The position numbers and the translations under genes were made by a program. Positions 1 to 12,090 of a stretch of 64,000 bases of DNA are shown piece by piece. Position 1 is the first letter of the stretch. Each line of letters opens with the position of its first letter. The stretch lies in NCBI RefSeq assembly GCF_009914755.1, contig NC_060939.1. One strand, written 5' to 3'. The notes beneath the pieces are model-generated. The model did no database searches. It saw only the letters and a list, made by a program, of their open reading frames with translations, and was not told the DNA's origin. This DNA is from the human T2T-CHM13v2.0 reference genome, Homo sapiens.

Positions 1-860
1 TTGGAGTAACAAAGGAAACTCCAAAAAATACTTTCAATATGATTTCTTCTAAATAAAATTTACACCCGGCAAAATGAACTATCTTCTTAAGGGATAAACT
101 TTCCACTAGAAAAACTATAAGGAAAATCAAGAAAACGATGATCACATAAACACAGTTGTGGTTACTTCTACGGGGGAAGGAAGAGGGTGTGAACAGAGAC
201 ACACAGGTTTGGCAAGTCTCCTAACAAGAACAGAACAAATACATTACAGTACCTTGAAAACAGCAGTTAAACTTCTAAATCGCAAGAAGAGGAAAATGTA
301 CACAGCTGTGTTTAGAAAATTCTCACTCCGGCACTGTTCATAATAGCAAAGACATTAACCCAGGTTGGATAAATAAACGATGACACAGGCAATTGCACAG
401 TGATACAGACATACATTCAGTATATGAGACATCGATGATGTATCCCCAAAGAAATGACTTTAAAGAGAAAAGGCCTGATGTGTGGTAGCACTCACCTCCC
501 TGGGCATCCCCGGACAGGATGCAGGCTCACTGTGTGGCAGGGCAGGCCGGTACCTGCTGGCAGCTCCTGGGGCCAGATGTGGAGCAGGCACAGAGCCGTA
601 TCCCCCCGAGGACATATACCCCCAAGGATGGCACAGTCGGCACATTCCAGAGAGAAGCAACTGAGCCACACTCCCAGACCAGAGCCCGAGAGGGACGCCC
701 ATGCACAGGGAAGCAGAGCCCAGCTCCTCCACAGCCAGCACCACCTGTGCAGGGGCCGCCATCTGGCAGGCACAGAGCGTAGGCTGGGAGGAGGGGCAGG
801 GACACCAGGCAGGGTTGGCACCGACTGAAAATTACAGAAGTCTCATACATCTACCTCAGC

Positions 861-1126
861 CTTGCCTGACCTGGGCCACACCTGACCTGGACCTCACCTG
901 GCCTAAGCCTCACCTGGCCTGGACCTCACCTCTGGGCTTCACCTGACCTCGGCCTCACCTGACTTGGACCTTGCCTGTCCCGAGCTCACATGATCTGGGC
1001 CTCACCTGACCTGGGTTTCACCTGACCTGGGCTTCACCTGACCTGGGCCTCATCTGACCTGGGCATCACTGGCCTGGATCTCACCTGGCCTGGGTTTCAC
1101 CTGGCCTCGGGCCTCACCTGCACCTG
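861..1126 (+). repeat. 16-bp tandem repeat (consensus CTCACCTGACCTGGGC), ~17 degenerate units, IGH D-region minisatellite
   Basis: Units read directly (cacacctgacctggac, ctcacctggcctaagc, ttcacctgacctgggc ...); about 12 contain CACCTG. Confidence 0.9.
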
Positions 1127-1554
1127 CTCCAGGTGTTGCTGGAACCTCAGTAGCACTGAGGCTGCAAGGGCTCATCCAGGGTTGCAGAATGACTCTGGAA
1201 CTCTCCCACATCTCACCTTTCTGGGTGGAGGCACCTGGTGGCCCAGGGAATATAAAAAGCCTGAGTGATGCCTGCGTGATTTGGGGGCAATTTATAAACC
1301 CAAAAGGACATGGCTATGGAATGGGTAGGGACAGTACAGACAGATATCAGCCTGAAATGGAGCCTCAGGACACAGGTGGGCACAGACACTGTCCACCTAA
1401 GCGAGGGGCAGACCCGAGTGTCCCCGCAGCAGGCCTGAGAGCGCTGGGCCCACAGCCTCCCCTCGGTGCCCTGCTACCTCCTCAGGTCAGCCCTGGACAT
1501 CCCGAGTTTCCCCGGACCTGGCAGTAGGTTTGGGGTGAGGTCTGTGTCACTGTG

Positions 1555-1585
1555 GTATTATGATTTTTGGACTGGTTATTATACC
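1555..1585 (+). other. IGHD3/OR15-3: Immunoglobulin heavy diversity segment, D3 family, orphon
   Basis: GTATTATGATTTTTGGACTGGTTATTATACC (31 nt; YYDFWTGYY). 5' RSS: GGTTTGGGG(1527-1535)-12 bp-CACTGTG(1548-1554). 3' RSS: CACAGTG(1586-1592)-12 bp-TCAAAAACC(1605-1613). Differs at two positions from IGHD3-3 as recalled and matches the recalled OR15 orphon. A vs B copy cannot be distinguished. Confidence 0.93.
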
Positions 1586-1672
1586 CACAGTGTCACAGAG
1601 TCCATCAAAAACCCATCCCTGGGAGCCTTCTGCCATAGCCCTCCCCACGGTGGACCACCACATGCCGCGTTA

Positions 1673-1742
1673 GGATTTTGATCGAGGCCACAGCACCATG
1701 GGTGTAGTGGCTACCACAGCAGTGCAACCTGTGTCCCAAACA
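1673..1742 (+). pseudogene. Degenerate D-like segment (D5-like core GGTGTAGTGGCTAC) with decayed 12-RSSs
   Basis: GGATTTTGA-12 bp-CACCATG [core 1701-1714] CACAGCA-12 bp-TCCCAAACA; both spacers are exactly 12 bp. Confidence 0.6.
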
Positions 1743-2675
1743 CACAGGGCAGCAGGCACAATGGACAAGCCCAAGAGTGACCACCCTGAGCTCCTGCCCG
1801 CCAGCCCCGGAGACCATGAAACAGATGGCCAGGATTATCCCATAGGTCAGCCAGACCTGAGTCCAACAGGTCTGCATCACTGCTGCCCTCCAGTGCCAGT
1901 CCAGATGGGGACAGGCACCCAGCAGTCCCGGAAGCCCCTCCCTCAAGGCTGAGCCACATGTGTGGACCCTGAGAACCCCCCAGGTCCGAGTAGGGGCAGG
2001 AGGGCGGGGCTGGTCCTGTGCGCTGTCCCTGCCCCTGTGGTCCCTGGCCTGCCTGGCTCTGACACCTGAGCCTCTCCTGGGTCATTTCCAAGACAGAAGG
2101 CATTCCCGGGACAGCCGGAGCTGGGAGTCGCTCATCCTGCCTGGCCGTCCTGAGTCCTGCTCCTTTCCAAACCTCACCCGGGAAGCCAACAGAGGACTCA
2201 CCTCTCACAGTCAGAGACAAAGAACCTTCCAGAAATCCCTGCCTCTCTCCCCAGTGGGCACCCTCTTCCAGGACAGTCCTCAGTGATATCACATCGGGAA
2301 CCCACATCTGGATCAGGACGGCACCCAGAACACAAGATGGCCCATGGGGACAGCCCCACAGCCCAGCCCTTCCCAGACCCCTAAAAGTTGTCCCACCCCC
2401 TGCACCTACCCCAGGACTAAAAATCCAGGAGGCCTGACTCCTGCACATGCTCTGACCGGATGTCACCTTGGCCCCTCCTGGAGGGGACAGGAGCCCTGGA
2501 GGGTGAGTCAGACCCTCCTGCCCTCGACGGCAGGCGGGGAAGATTCAGACCGGTCTGAGATCCCCAGGATGCAGCACCACTGTCAATGGGGGCCCCAGAC
2601 GCCTGGACCAGCACCTGCGTGGGAAATGCCTCTGGGCTCACTGAGGGGCTTTTTGTGAAAGGCCCTCCTGCTATG

Positions 2676-2694
2676 TGACTATGGTGCTAACTAC
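2676..2694 (+). other. IGHD4/OR15-4: Immunoglobulin heavy diversity segment, D4 family, orphon
   Basis: TGACTATGGTGCTAACTAC (19 nt). 5' RSS: GCTTTTTGT(2648-2656)-12 bp-TGCTATG(2669-2675, non-canonical). 3' RSS: CACAGTG(2695-2701)-12 bp-GCAAAAACT(2714-2722). Confidence 0.92.
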
Positions 2695-3628
2695 CACAGT
2701 GATGAACCCAGCAGCAAAAACTGACTGGACTCCCAGGGTTTATGCACACTTCTCGGCTCAGAGTTCTCCAGGATAAGAAGAGCCAGGCCCAAGGATTTCT
2801 GCCCAGACCCTCGGCCTCTAGGGACATCTTGGCCATGAAAGCCCATGGGCTGGTGCCCCACACTTCGTCTGCCTTCAAACAAGGGCTTCAGAGGGCTCTG
2901 AGGTGACCTCACTCATGACCACAGGTGCCTGCCAGCTGCACCGAACCCTGTCCCAACAGCTGCCACAGTTCCAACAGCCAATTCCTAGGGCCGGGAATTG
3001 CTGTAGACACCAGCCTTGTTCCAGCACCTCCTGCCAATTGCCTGGATTCCCATCCTGGCTGGAATCAAGAGGGTAGCATCCACCAGGCTCCCAATAGGCA
3101 GGACTCCCACACACCCTCCTCTGAGAGGCCACTGTGTTTCGTAGGGCCAGGCCCTGGACAGTCTCCCTCACCTGCCACTAGAGAAACACCTGCCTTGGAC
3201 GTCCCCATATGGCAAAGACCACTCATGGAACCCCCAGCCCCAGGTACAGCTGTAGAGACAGTCCCCGAGGGATCTAAGAAGGAGCCATGCCCAGTTCTGC
3301 CCGGACCCTCGGCCAGGCTGACAGGAGCGGACGCTGGAGCTGGGCCCACACTGGGCCACATAGGAGCTCACCAGTGAGGGCAGGAGAGCACATGTCAGGG
3401 AGCACCCAGCCTCCTGCTGACTGGAGGCCCGTCCCAGAGCCCAGGAGGCTGCAGAGGCCTCTCCAGGGGGACACTGTGCATGTCTGGTCCCTGAGCAGCC
3501 CCCCACGTCCCCAGTCCTGGGGGCCCCTGGCACAGCTGTCTGGACCCTCCTTGCTCCCTGGGAAGCTCCTCCTGACAGCCCCGCCTCCAGTTCCAGGTGT
3601 GGTTATTGTCAGGGGGTGTCAGACTGTG

Positions 3629-3651
3629 GTGGATATAGTGTCTACGATTAC
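3629..3651 (+). other. IGHD5/OR15-5: Immunoglobulin heavy diversity segment, D5 family, orphon
   Basis: GTGGATATAGTGTCTACGATTAC (23 nt; one change from IGHD5-12 as recalled). 5' RSS: GGTTATTGT(3601-3609)-12 bp-GACTGTG(3622-3628). 3' RSS: CACAGTG(3652-3658)-12 bp-GCAGCAACC(3671-3679). Confidence 0.93.
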
Positions 3652-4559
3652 CACAGTGGTGCCACCCATAGCAGCAACCAGGCCAAGTAGATGAGCCACT
3701 GCCATGCAGCCCCAGGCCTCCAGCTCACCTGCTTCTCTTGGGGCTTTCAAGGTCACTGTTGTCTGCACTCTGCCCTCTGTGGGGAGGGTTCCCTCAGTGG
3801 GAGGTCTGTTCTCAGCTTCCCAGGGCCTCATGACTGCATGGAAGGTCAAGGGCTGGGCCTGCCAGGGGCACGGCACCCTCACATGCCACACCTAAGATAG
3901 GGTGGGCAGTCTGGTGGGGACAGGACATACTGCTGGGGTGTCTGTCACTGTGCCTAGTGGGGCACTGGCTCCCAAACAATTCGGTCCTTGCCAAAATCCC
4001 CACTGCCTCCCCTGCTAGGGGCTGGCCTGGTCCCCTGCTGTCCTAGGCAGCTGCTGACCTCCAGAATGGCTCCATCCCCAGTTCCAGGGCCAGAGCAGAT
4101 CCCAGGCAGGCTGCTGTCTGGGAGGCCACCCCCTCCTTGCCAGGGTTCACTGCAGGTGACCAGGGCAGGAAATGGCCTGAACACAGGGATGACTGCACCA
4201 TCCCCCAACAGAATCTGCCCCCTCCTGCTCTGCACCCCGCACCCCCCAGGCCAGTCCACGAAAACCAGGCCCCACATCAGAGTCACTGCCTGGCCCTGCC
4301 CTGGGGTGGACCCCTCAGCCCCCACCCTGTCTAGAGGACTGGGGAGGACAGGACACAAGCCCTCTCCTTATGGTTCCCCACCTGGCTCCGGCTGGGACCC
4401 TCGGGGTGTGGACAGAAAAGACGCCTGCCTGATTGGCCCCCAGGAACCCAGAACTTCTCTCCAGGGACCCCAGCCCGAGCACCGCCTTACCCAGGACCCA
4501 ACCCTGCCCCTCCTCCCCTCTGCTCTCCTCTCATCACCCCATGGGAATCCAGAATCCAG

Positions 4560-4852
4560 ATTCCTCACGAATGGCTTAGTGCCATCCACTTGGTAATGAG
4601 TGAGTTCTCACATAGTTAGATCACTCAGGATCTGATTTTTTAAGAGAGACTTGGATCTCCCCCTTTCCTTCTTCCCCCTGCTCACCATGTGACACTCCTT
4701 CTTCCCCTGTGCCTTTTACCATAAATATAAGGTTTTTGAAGCCCTCACCAGAAGCAGATAGCAGAACCACACTTCCTGTACAGCCTTCAAAACCGTCAGC
4801 CAAATTAGATTTTTTATAAATTACTCATCCCCAGGAATACTTTTATAGCAAT
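4560..4852 (+). mobile_element. MST-type (ERVL-MaLR) LTR, 5'-truncated
   Basis: Motifs aatggcttagtgccatcc, gtaatgagtgagttctc, gaagccctcaccagaagcagat, cttcctgtacagcct, ending tttatagca. Confidence 0.8.
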
Positions 4853-5134
4853 TAAGGAATTTCTTTTTTTTTTATTTTATGAATGTTTCATTGCCACTTA
4901 AAAAAGAATGAGTTGTTATGTTCAGACATACACACACATATTTCTACCTTATCAATTACGATATTTAGGTATTTTTTAGTCTTGCTTAATTTTGGTCCTC
5001 TTGATGTTTAATGAACTAAAACACATGAATTAAATAATTAAGATGCTGTGTTTTCTATATTTTTTCTTGTTTCCCCTATAGCTCTTCTCTGTGAATGCTG
5101 ATGCTCTGTTACCTGGTGCACAGTTATTCATAAC

Positions 5135-5250
5135 TTTTTTTTTTGAGACAGACTCTTGCTCTGTCACCCTGGCTGGAGTGCAGCGGCACAATTTCGGCTC
5201 ACCACAGCCTCTGCCTCCCAGGTTCAAGTGATTCTCATACCTCCGCCTCT
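5135..5250 (-). mobile_element. Partial Alu (right-arm fragment)
   Basis: Poly-T followed by gagacagactcttgctctgtcaccctggctggagtgcag...ggttcaagtgattctc. Confidence 0.9.
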
Positions 5251-5713
5251 CTACATATAGATAGTTATGTATCTATTCTATTATCAAGGTTTACAACTCC
5301 AACATTTAATTTTCAAATCAAAATCCCTATATTAGTCTTGGCCTCCTATAGGTAATTAGATTCAATGCTTACTGCCATTTTTGGTTGTTTTTCTCATTAA
5401 TCTCCTAGTTATCTGAGTTTATCTTCTAACAGTATTCAGAAGTAATCACTATGCTAACTTTTGACACTGGTCTTGATTGCTGTTTTTGAAATTTTGAAAT
5501 GGAATGTACAACCTCTGCCTTGAGTCTTTCATTCAACATTGTTTGTGAGATTCATATAGGTAATACATGTCAGTGGTTAATTGATTTTCATTACTGAAAA
5601 TCAGTAATATGTTTAGATAATTAGTAATATGTTTAGATATTTTTCTAGTCTTTATTCTGTTCAGTTGTTCTGCCTATATCTTTATATTAATATTAAACTA
5701 CTGTAGCTGTAGA

Positions 5714-5870
5714 GCAGGGTGTCCAATCTTTTGGCTTCCCTGGGCTACATTGAAAGAACAATTGACTTGGGCCACACATAAAATACACTAACACTAAAAA
5801 TAGCTGATGAGCTAAAAAATAATAATAATAAAAATCACAAAGGAAGTTTGCAAATTTCTGTCGGGCTGCT
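5714..5870 (+). mobile_element. MER30-like hAT-Charlie DNA transposon
   Basis: cagggtgtccaatcttttggcttccctgggctacattgaaagaacaattgacttgggccacacataaaatacactaacac matches the recalled MER30 consensus. Confidence 0.75.
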
Positions 5871-5899
5871 TTCTATAAGAAAGAAAGTACTGAATTTTA

Positions 5900-7300
5900 A
5901 AGGAGATGATGAGGGTGAAACATCAGAATGAAATTACTGACCTCATAAGTAAAGACACCAGACAGCCTCTCTCTCTCTCTATTTCTCTCTCTCTCTCTCT
6001 CTCTCACACACATGCACACACACACACATGCCCTACAATGAAATGATCATATGAAAAAGTAACAATATGATGGCTGCTCTGAGCCAAAAGTGGAAGCCTC
6101 AAAATAAAACCTATCTTGTCAGCATCTTGATCTTGGAGTTCACAGCACTGATAAATGAAATAAAATTAATGTTGCATGAGTCACCAAATATGATAGTTTG
6201 TAATGGCATCTTAAACTGACAAAAGAAAATTTGGGGTTAGGAAGTGGAAATCTGATGTTACAATTATTTGAAAATTGTGAAAGTAGCTTGGAATTGGGTT
6301 ATGTGTAAAAGGATGGGTACCTTTGACATATATGAAGAAATTTGTATGTTGAGGGTCATGCTGATAGACAGAAATGAGTAGAGTGGTTTTGGAAAATGGA
6401 GCAATAGTCATCCTTATCATAAAGTTTTTAAAAAAATCTTGGCTGGACAGTGATACAATATTTAGTGAAAGAGAAGTTGCGAGTAGTGAGAACTTGTGAG
6501 TAGCTGAGAATAGTTCTAAGTAAAGTGTTGAAGATATTTTGCTTGGTTCCTCCTGAGTGCTTATAACAAGTGAGGTAGATAAATTAAAATCAGAAAAAAA
6601 TATAAACGAAAAAGAATAAAAAACCTGAGCACTTAGAAAATTCTCAACCTATCCATATTGCCAAAATCAGAAACTGTATTCTACAAAGAACACTGAGTAT
6701 ATGACTGAAATATCACTCAGTAAGAAGCCTAAGATACTCTATGAAAAGAAATATTTCAGGTTTTAAAGAATGAGAATTGACCTGAGACAAATCTGATGAA
6801 AACTGTTAGATTTTTCAGATTTAATGGCCTGGAATAATAGAGCTACTTGGCAGCAAATGTACATGATTCTTCTGGAAGGGAGAAAAAATAAGCTTTAAAT
6901 TTATTTAGAAACTATCAGACCACTGCCTTTATTTCAACAGACCAGAAAGCCTGTTTCTAAAATCTTGAGGAAGAAACCACCCAACAGAGGCTTGGGCTTG
7001 GGAGCAACCAGCCAGCCCTGTGTGTAGGGCTGCATGAGGCCTTTGACATGGGAGCTGGGCCTAGCAGTGCTTCAGGAGCGGTGCCTCTGCCTGCAGCCTT
7101 GGAGCTGACTCTGCCACCCAAATAAGCTGAGAAGGAAAAAGATTGTTTCAGAGATGATTGCAGGGGAGCCTTAAAGCATATGACAATTTGTTTTCCTATG
7201 CATTGTATTTGCTGGAGACATACCACCCATTTTACCCCCTACTTTTTTTCTTTGGCAATGAAGCTGTCTATTCTATGCCTAACTCAACAGGACACAGCCG
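5900..7300 (+). mobile_element. MLT-type LTR plus MaLR internal sequence, with (CT)n(CA)n microsatellite at ~5967-6028
   Basis: LTR 3' motifs (agcatcttgatcttggagttcacagc, tttgtaatggca) followed by MaLR-int-like aaaatttggggttaggaagtgg...; boundaries approximate. Confidence 0.55.
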
Positions 7301-7990
7301 AGACTGTATCCAGTTTGACAAGATTCAGCACGAAAGGTTCCTATTACCTGAGCCAGATGCATCACTGATATGCGGCCACCAGTTCCTTAGGTTCATATCA
7401 CTTTAAGGGACCAAATACAAATGTCAGTAGCGTATGTCATTCTTAAGCTGCAGATATGGTGTCAAAGAAGAATGTGGAGATAAGAGAGCAGGAGGAATTA
7501 TGAAAATCCAGACAGCATCTTCTCTTCTAGAGTGGAAGGTACACTAGTAATTTTATGAAACAATAACATAAATGAAATGTGTCATCATCATGGAGTGTCT
7601 CACAGTGGCAGTGCACAAATAAATTTCTAAAAATTCCATAAGGTAGGTGTGATGGATGCGGCTTATTTCCACCCAGGGAGCCCATAAATACCCAGATAGG
7701 TAAAAAATCCAACACCTGGAAAGAAAAACACCTCATCTTGACATCACAAACACATCTCAGTAAGTCCAAGGAGTAATGTGGAAATGAAATGGAAAATTCA
7801 CAGACACATTTATTGTGAAATTTTTAGCACATGCTTGAACATCAAAACAGAATTGTCCACAATTTTAGGAAAACCACCCCATGACCACGAATCACTACAC
7901 TCATAGAAACACCACTGAGTCAACAGAGTTCTAACTGTGAGCAGGTCACTACTGAGGCCTCAGGAGAATCAAGGCTCTAGGGTACATTTT

Positions 7991-9310
7991 ACAGAACCCA
8001 GAATTGAGCCACACAATCTATAGCCAAATGATCTTTGACAAACTTAACAAAAACATACACCAGAAAAAGGACACCCCATTCAATAAATGGTGCTGGGGAA
8101 ATTGGAAATGAACATGCAGAAGAACAAAACTAGACCCCTACCCTCAACACATACATACTCAACACAAAATGAATTAAAGACTTAGATATGAGACCTCAAA
8201 CTATAAATGTACTCAAATAAAATACGAGGACAACTCTTCTGGGCACTGGGCGAGGTGAAGAATTTATGACTAACACCACAAAACACACCCAAGAAAAAAA
8301 TAGACAAGTGAGAATTAAACTATAGAGGTATTTCACAGCAACAGACTGAACAGGCAAGTTGCAGAATGACAGAAAATTTTCGCACACCTTGCCTGTGACA
8401 AGGAACTAACATGAAAAATTTACAAGGAATTAAACTATACAACAACAGGAAGAAGAACCAAATAACCCTATTAAAATGAGCAAAGGACGTGAGTAGACAT
8501 TTCCAAAGAACACATACAAATGGATAATAAATATATAAACAATGCTCAACATCACTAACCATCAGGGAAATGCAAATTAAAACTACAGTAAGATATTATC
8601 TTACAAAAGCCACAGTGACTATTATTAAAAACTCAAAAGTATCAGATGTTGGTGAGGATGGAAAGTAACAGGAACTCATCGACACTGTAGATGAGGATGT
8701 GGACTAGGACAACCTCTATGGAAAATGGTATGGAGTCTTCCCAAAACACTGGAAATAGAACTGCCATTTGATCCAGCAATCCGACTACGGGGTAACTACC
8801 CAAAGGAAAATAAATCATTACTTCAAAAAGATATCCATGCTTCTATGTTTACCACAAAACTATTCTTAATAACACACATGTCAACCTGAGTGTCCACCAA
8901 CAGATGATTTTATAAAAGAACACAGCACATATGCACAATTCAATACTAGTCAACCACAATAAGAAATGAAACTGTGTCTTTTGCAGCAAGATGCCTAGAA
9001 CTGGGGACAATATAATTAGTGAACTAACTCACAAACAGAAAGTCATATGCCACACATTATTATTTGTAAGTGGGAGGTAACAATGTGTCCACAAGGATAT
9101 GGAGAGAGAAATGATGGACACCGGAGACTTAGAAGGATGGGAGGTGGAAGGTGGGAGCATGAGGAGACATTACCTAGTGGGTACAATGTACATTATTTGG
9201 GTGATATTACACTAAAAGCCAAGACCACTATGGAATATATCCATGTGCAAAAGTTGCACTCATAGCCCTTAAATTTATCAAATAAATGTACACACAAAAA
9301 AGTTAAAAAT
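7991..9310 (+). mobile_element. L1 (L1PB/L1MA-type) ORF2 3' end and 3'UTR
   Basis: caataaatggtgctggggaaaattgg, atcagggaaatgcaaattaaaac, ctgccatttgatccagcaatcc. Confidence 0.85.
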
Positions 9311-9355
9311 ATAAAATAATTAACAGTTGACCAATGATCTTAAAATTAAAATTTA

Positions 9356-10450
<1,095 letters not shown>

Positions 10451-11879
10451 AAGGAACACATCTGTAAGCAGCACTGTCAACCCCAGGTGTCAGTGGTTTG
10501 GGCTGGGCTCTCTCTGTCTCTCTCCTGACCAGACCCAGATGTTGAGCTCTGCCACTTGCAGATGGAAAATTGTACTATTTTCAATCATGCACTGAGGTTT
10601 GAATTACTTCACAGACTGAACCAAACAAACATGGGCTCCATTGAAGAGTGTCTGGCATTTGTTTCAACCACAAGAGAACTTTCCCCAGCTCTCCCTCGTC
10701 CTCGGTTCTCTCCTGCAAGCCAGCAGCCCTGCAGTGTAGCCTGCATCTCCCATGCATCCACCCGTCTCCTTCCAAGGGCTTTCCACCACACCATCCACTG
10801 TTTTTGAGAGCACTGGCAGGCTTTCAATTTGTCCACATTCTGCTGTTACTGAAGTTAGGATTTTTAGGACTAATTAAGGATCATATTTTATGACTGAATT
10901 CCATTGCCCCCTCTCTCCTGGGACAGAGCTCCTAAACAAGGTTCTGCAGGTGTAGAAAAAGTTGAGCTGTTTTATTCCTCAGCCTAGGAGCTGAGCTCTC
11001 AGTGGAGGGTCGGGCAGGAGCTTCCCACCTTCTCAGCACTTCGGTTATTGTGGGGTGGAACCTCTGCCATAGGACAGAGCTAGAAACCAGAGACCCAGTG
11101 TTCCCAGTGGCACTGGACCCGGGACAGAGCCTCCATCCATGAGTGGGGCTCCATGGAAGAAGTGAGTCTCTGGCTCTCAGTAGCTCTTGTTCAGCACTGA
11201 ACCTCAGCATCATGTGCTGTGTGCAGGGTCAGAGGGCCAACGTACTGGGTCCTGGGGAAGAGTTTCCTCTGGTGGGAGTTGGTAGAAGGTGACCTGTCTT
11301 CTTGGCTGCATCTGTCCGCAGTGGAGTTTACATCATGCTGAGCTGGGATGTGGAAGGAAGGAAGAGCATCTTAGATCAAGTATGATGACTGGCCTTACCG
11401 AGTTTTCTAGATTTTCTTGAATAAATATTTCTTCACTTGCTTTATGTTGTTAGAGCCTTTCCAAACCCTGTAATTTTTCAAAATAATTTTCACTGGTCTC
11501 ATGAGGGCCTGGATTCACTGAAACCCTCATGCTGTCAAAGAGAAATAGAATTTTTTTTCACTTTTTAGAGAACACCCATGCGTTATAAAATAATGGGTTG
11601 ACTTTTCATCCAACACTTTACAGATACCATCAACTTTCCTCTTGCTTGTAAGGTTTTAACCAGAAGAATGCTGTCATCATCTTTTCTGTTCTTTTGGAAG
11701 GAATGCCCCCTCTGCTCACCTCCACTTGCCTGCGTATATTTCTATTTGTCTTTCCTTTTCAGCAGTTTTAATAAGATTTACCTAAATGTGTGTGGGGGGG
11801 ATCAGTGGGTGTAATTCTGCTGTTCTCTGTTCTCTGAGATGCATGGATTCACGGTTTACTCTGTCTCCATTTTGGGGAA

Positions 11880-12090
11880 CACAATTAGAAAAAATGTCAG
11901 TATGAGCCCAGAAACAAGCCTCCCTGAAGAGGGAACAGGACCAGCTGGGGGCACTCAGGACCCACTGAGCACAAAAGCCAGCCTCAGGGCAGGTGCAGAG
12001 GGAGGCTAAGGTCTGGTTTCCTGTCAGCCCTGTGGCTTCCTCTCCATGAAACAGTTTCCTCTGGGGCACTTCTCTGGATTCCTTATCCTG
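11880..12090 (+). pseudogene. IGHV3-type RSS and 3'-flank remnant without a recognisable V exon
   Basis: CACAATT-agaaaaaatgtcagtatgagcccag-AAACAAGCC-tccctg resembles the VH3 RSS cacagtg-aggggaagtcagtgtgagcccag-acacaaacc-tccctg. Downstream ctcaggacccactgagcac...cagggcaggtgcag...ctggtttcctgtcag resembles the VH3 3' flank. Confidence 0.55.

Noticed and set aside
861-1126. Repeat array as a CRISPR-like locus
   Set aside because: Head-to-tail degenerate 16-mers without unique spacers, in primate DNA; it is a minisatellite.
1-4560. Assignment to the functional IGH locus on 14q32
   Set aside because: The D sequences carry orphon-type substitutions, D6 is missing, and OR11 genes follow within 40 kb.
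454-4596. Many overlapping 60-250 aa ORFs on both strands
   Set aside because: Pro/Gly/Ala-rich translations typical of GC-rich non-coding IGH D-region DNA; no recognisable domain.
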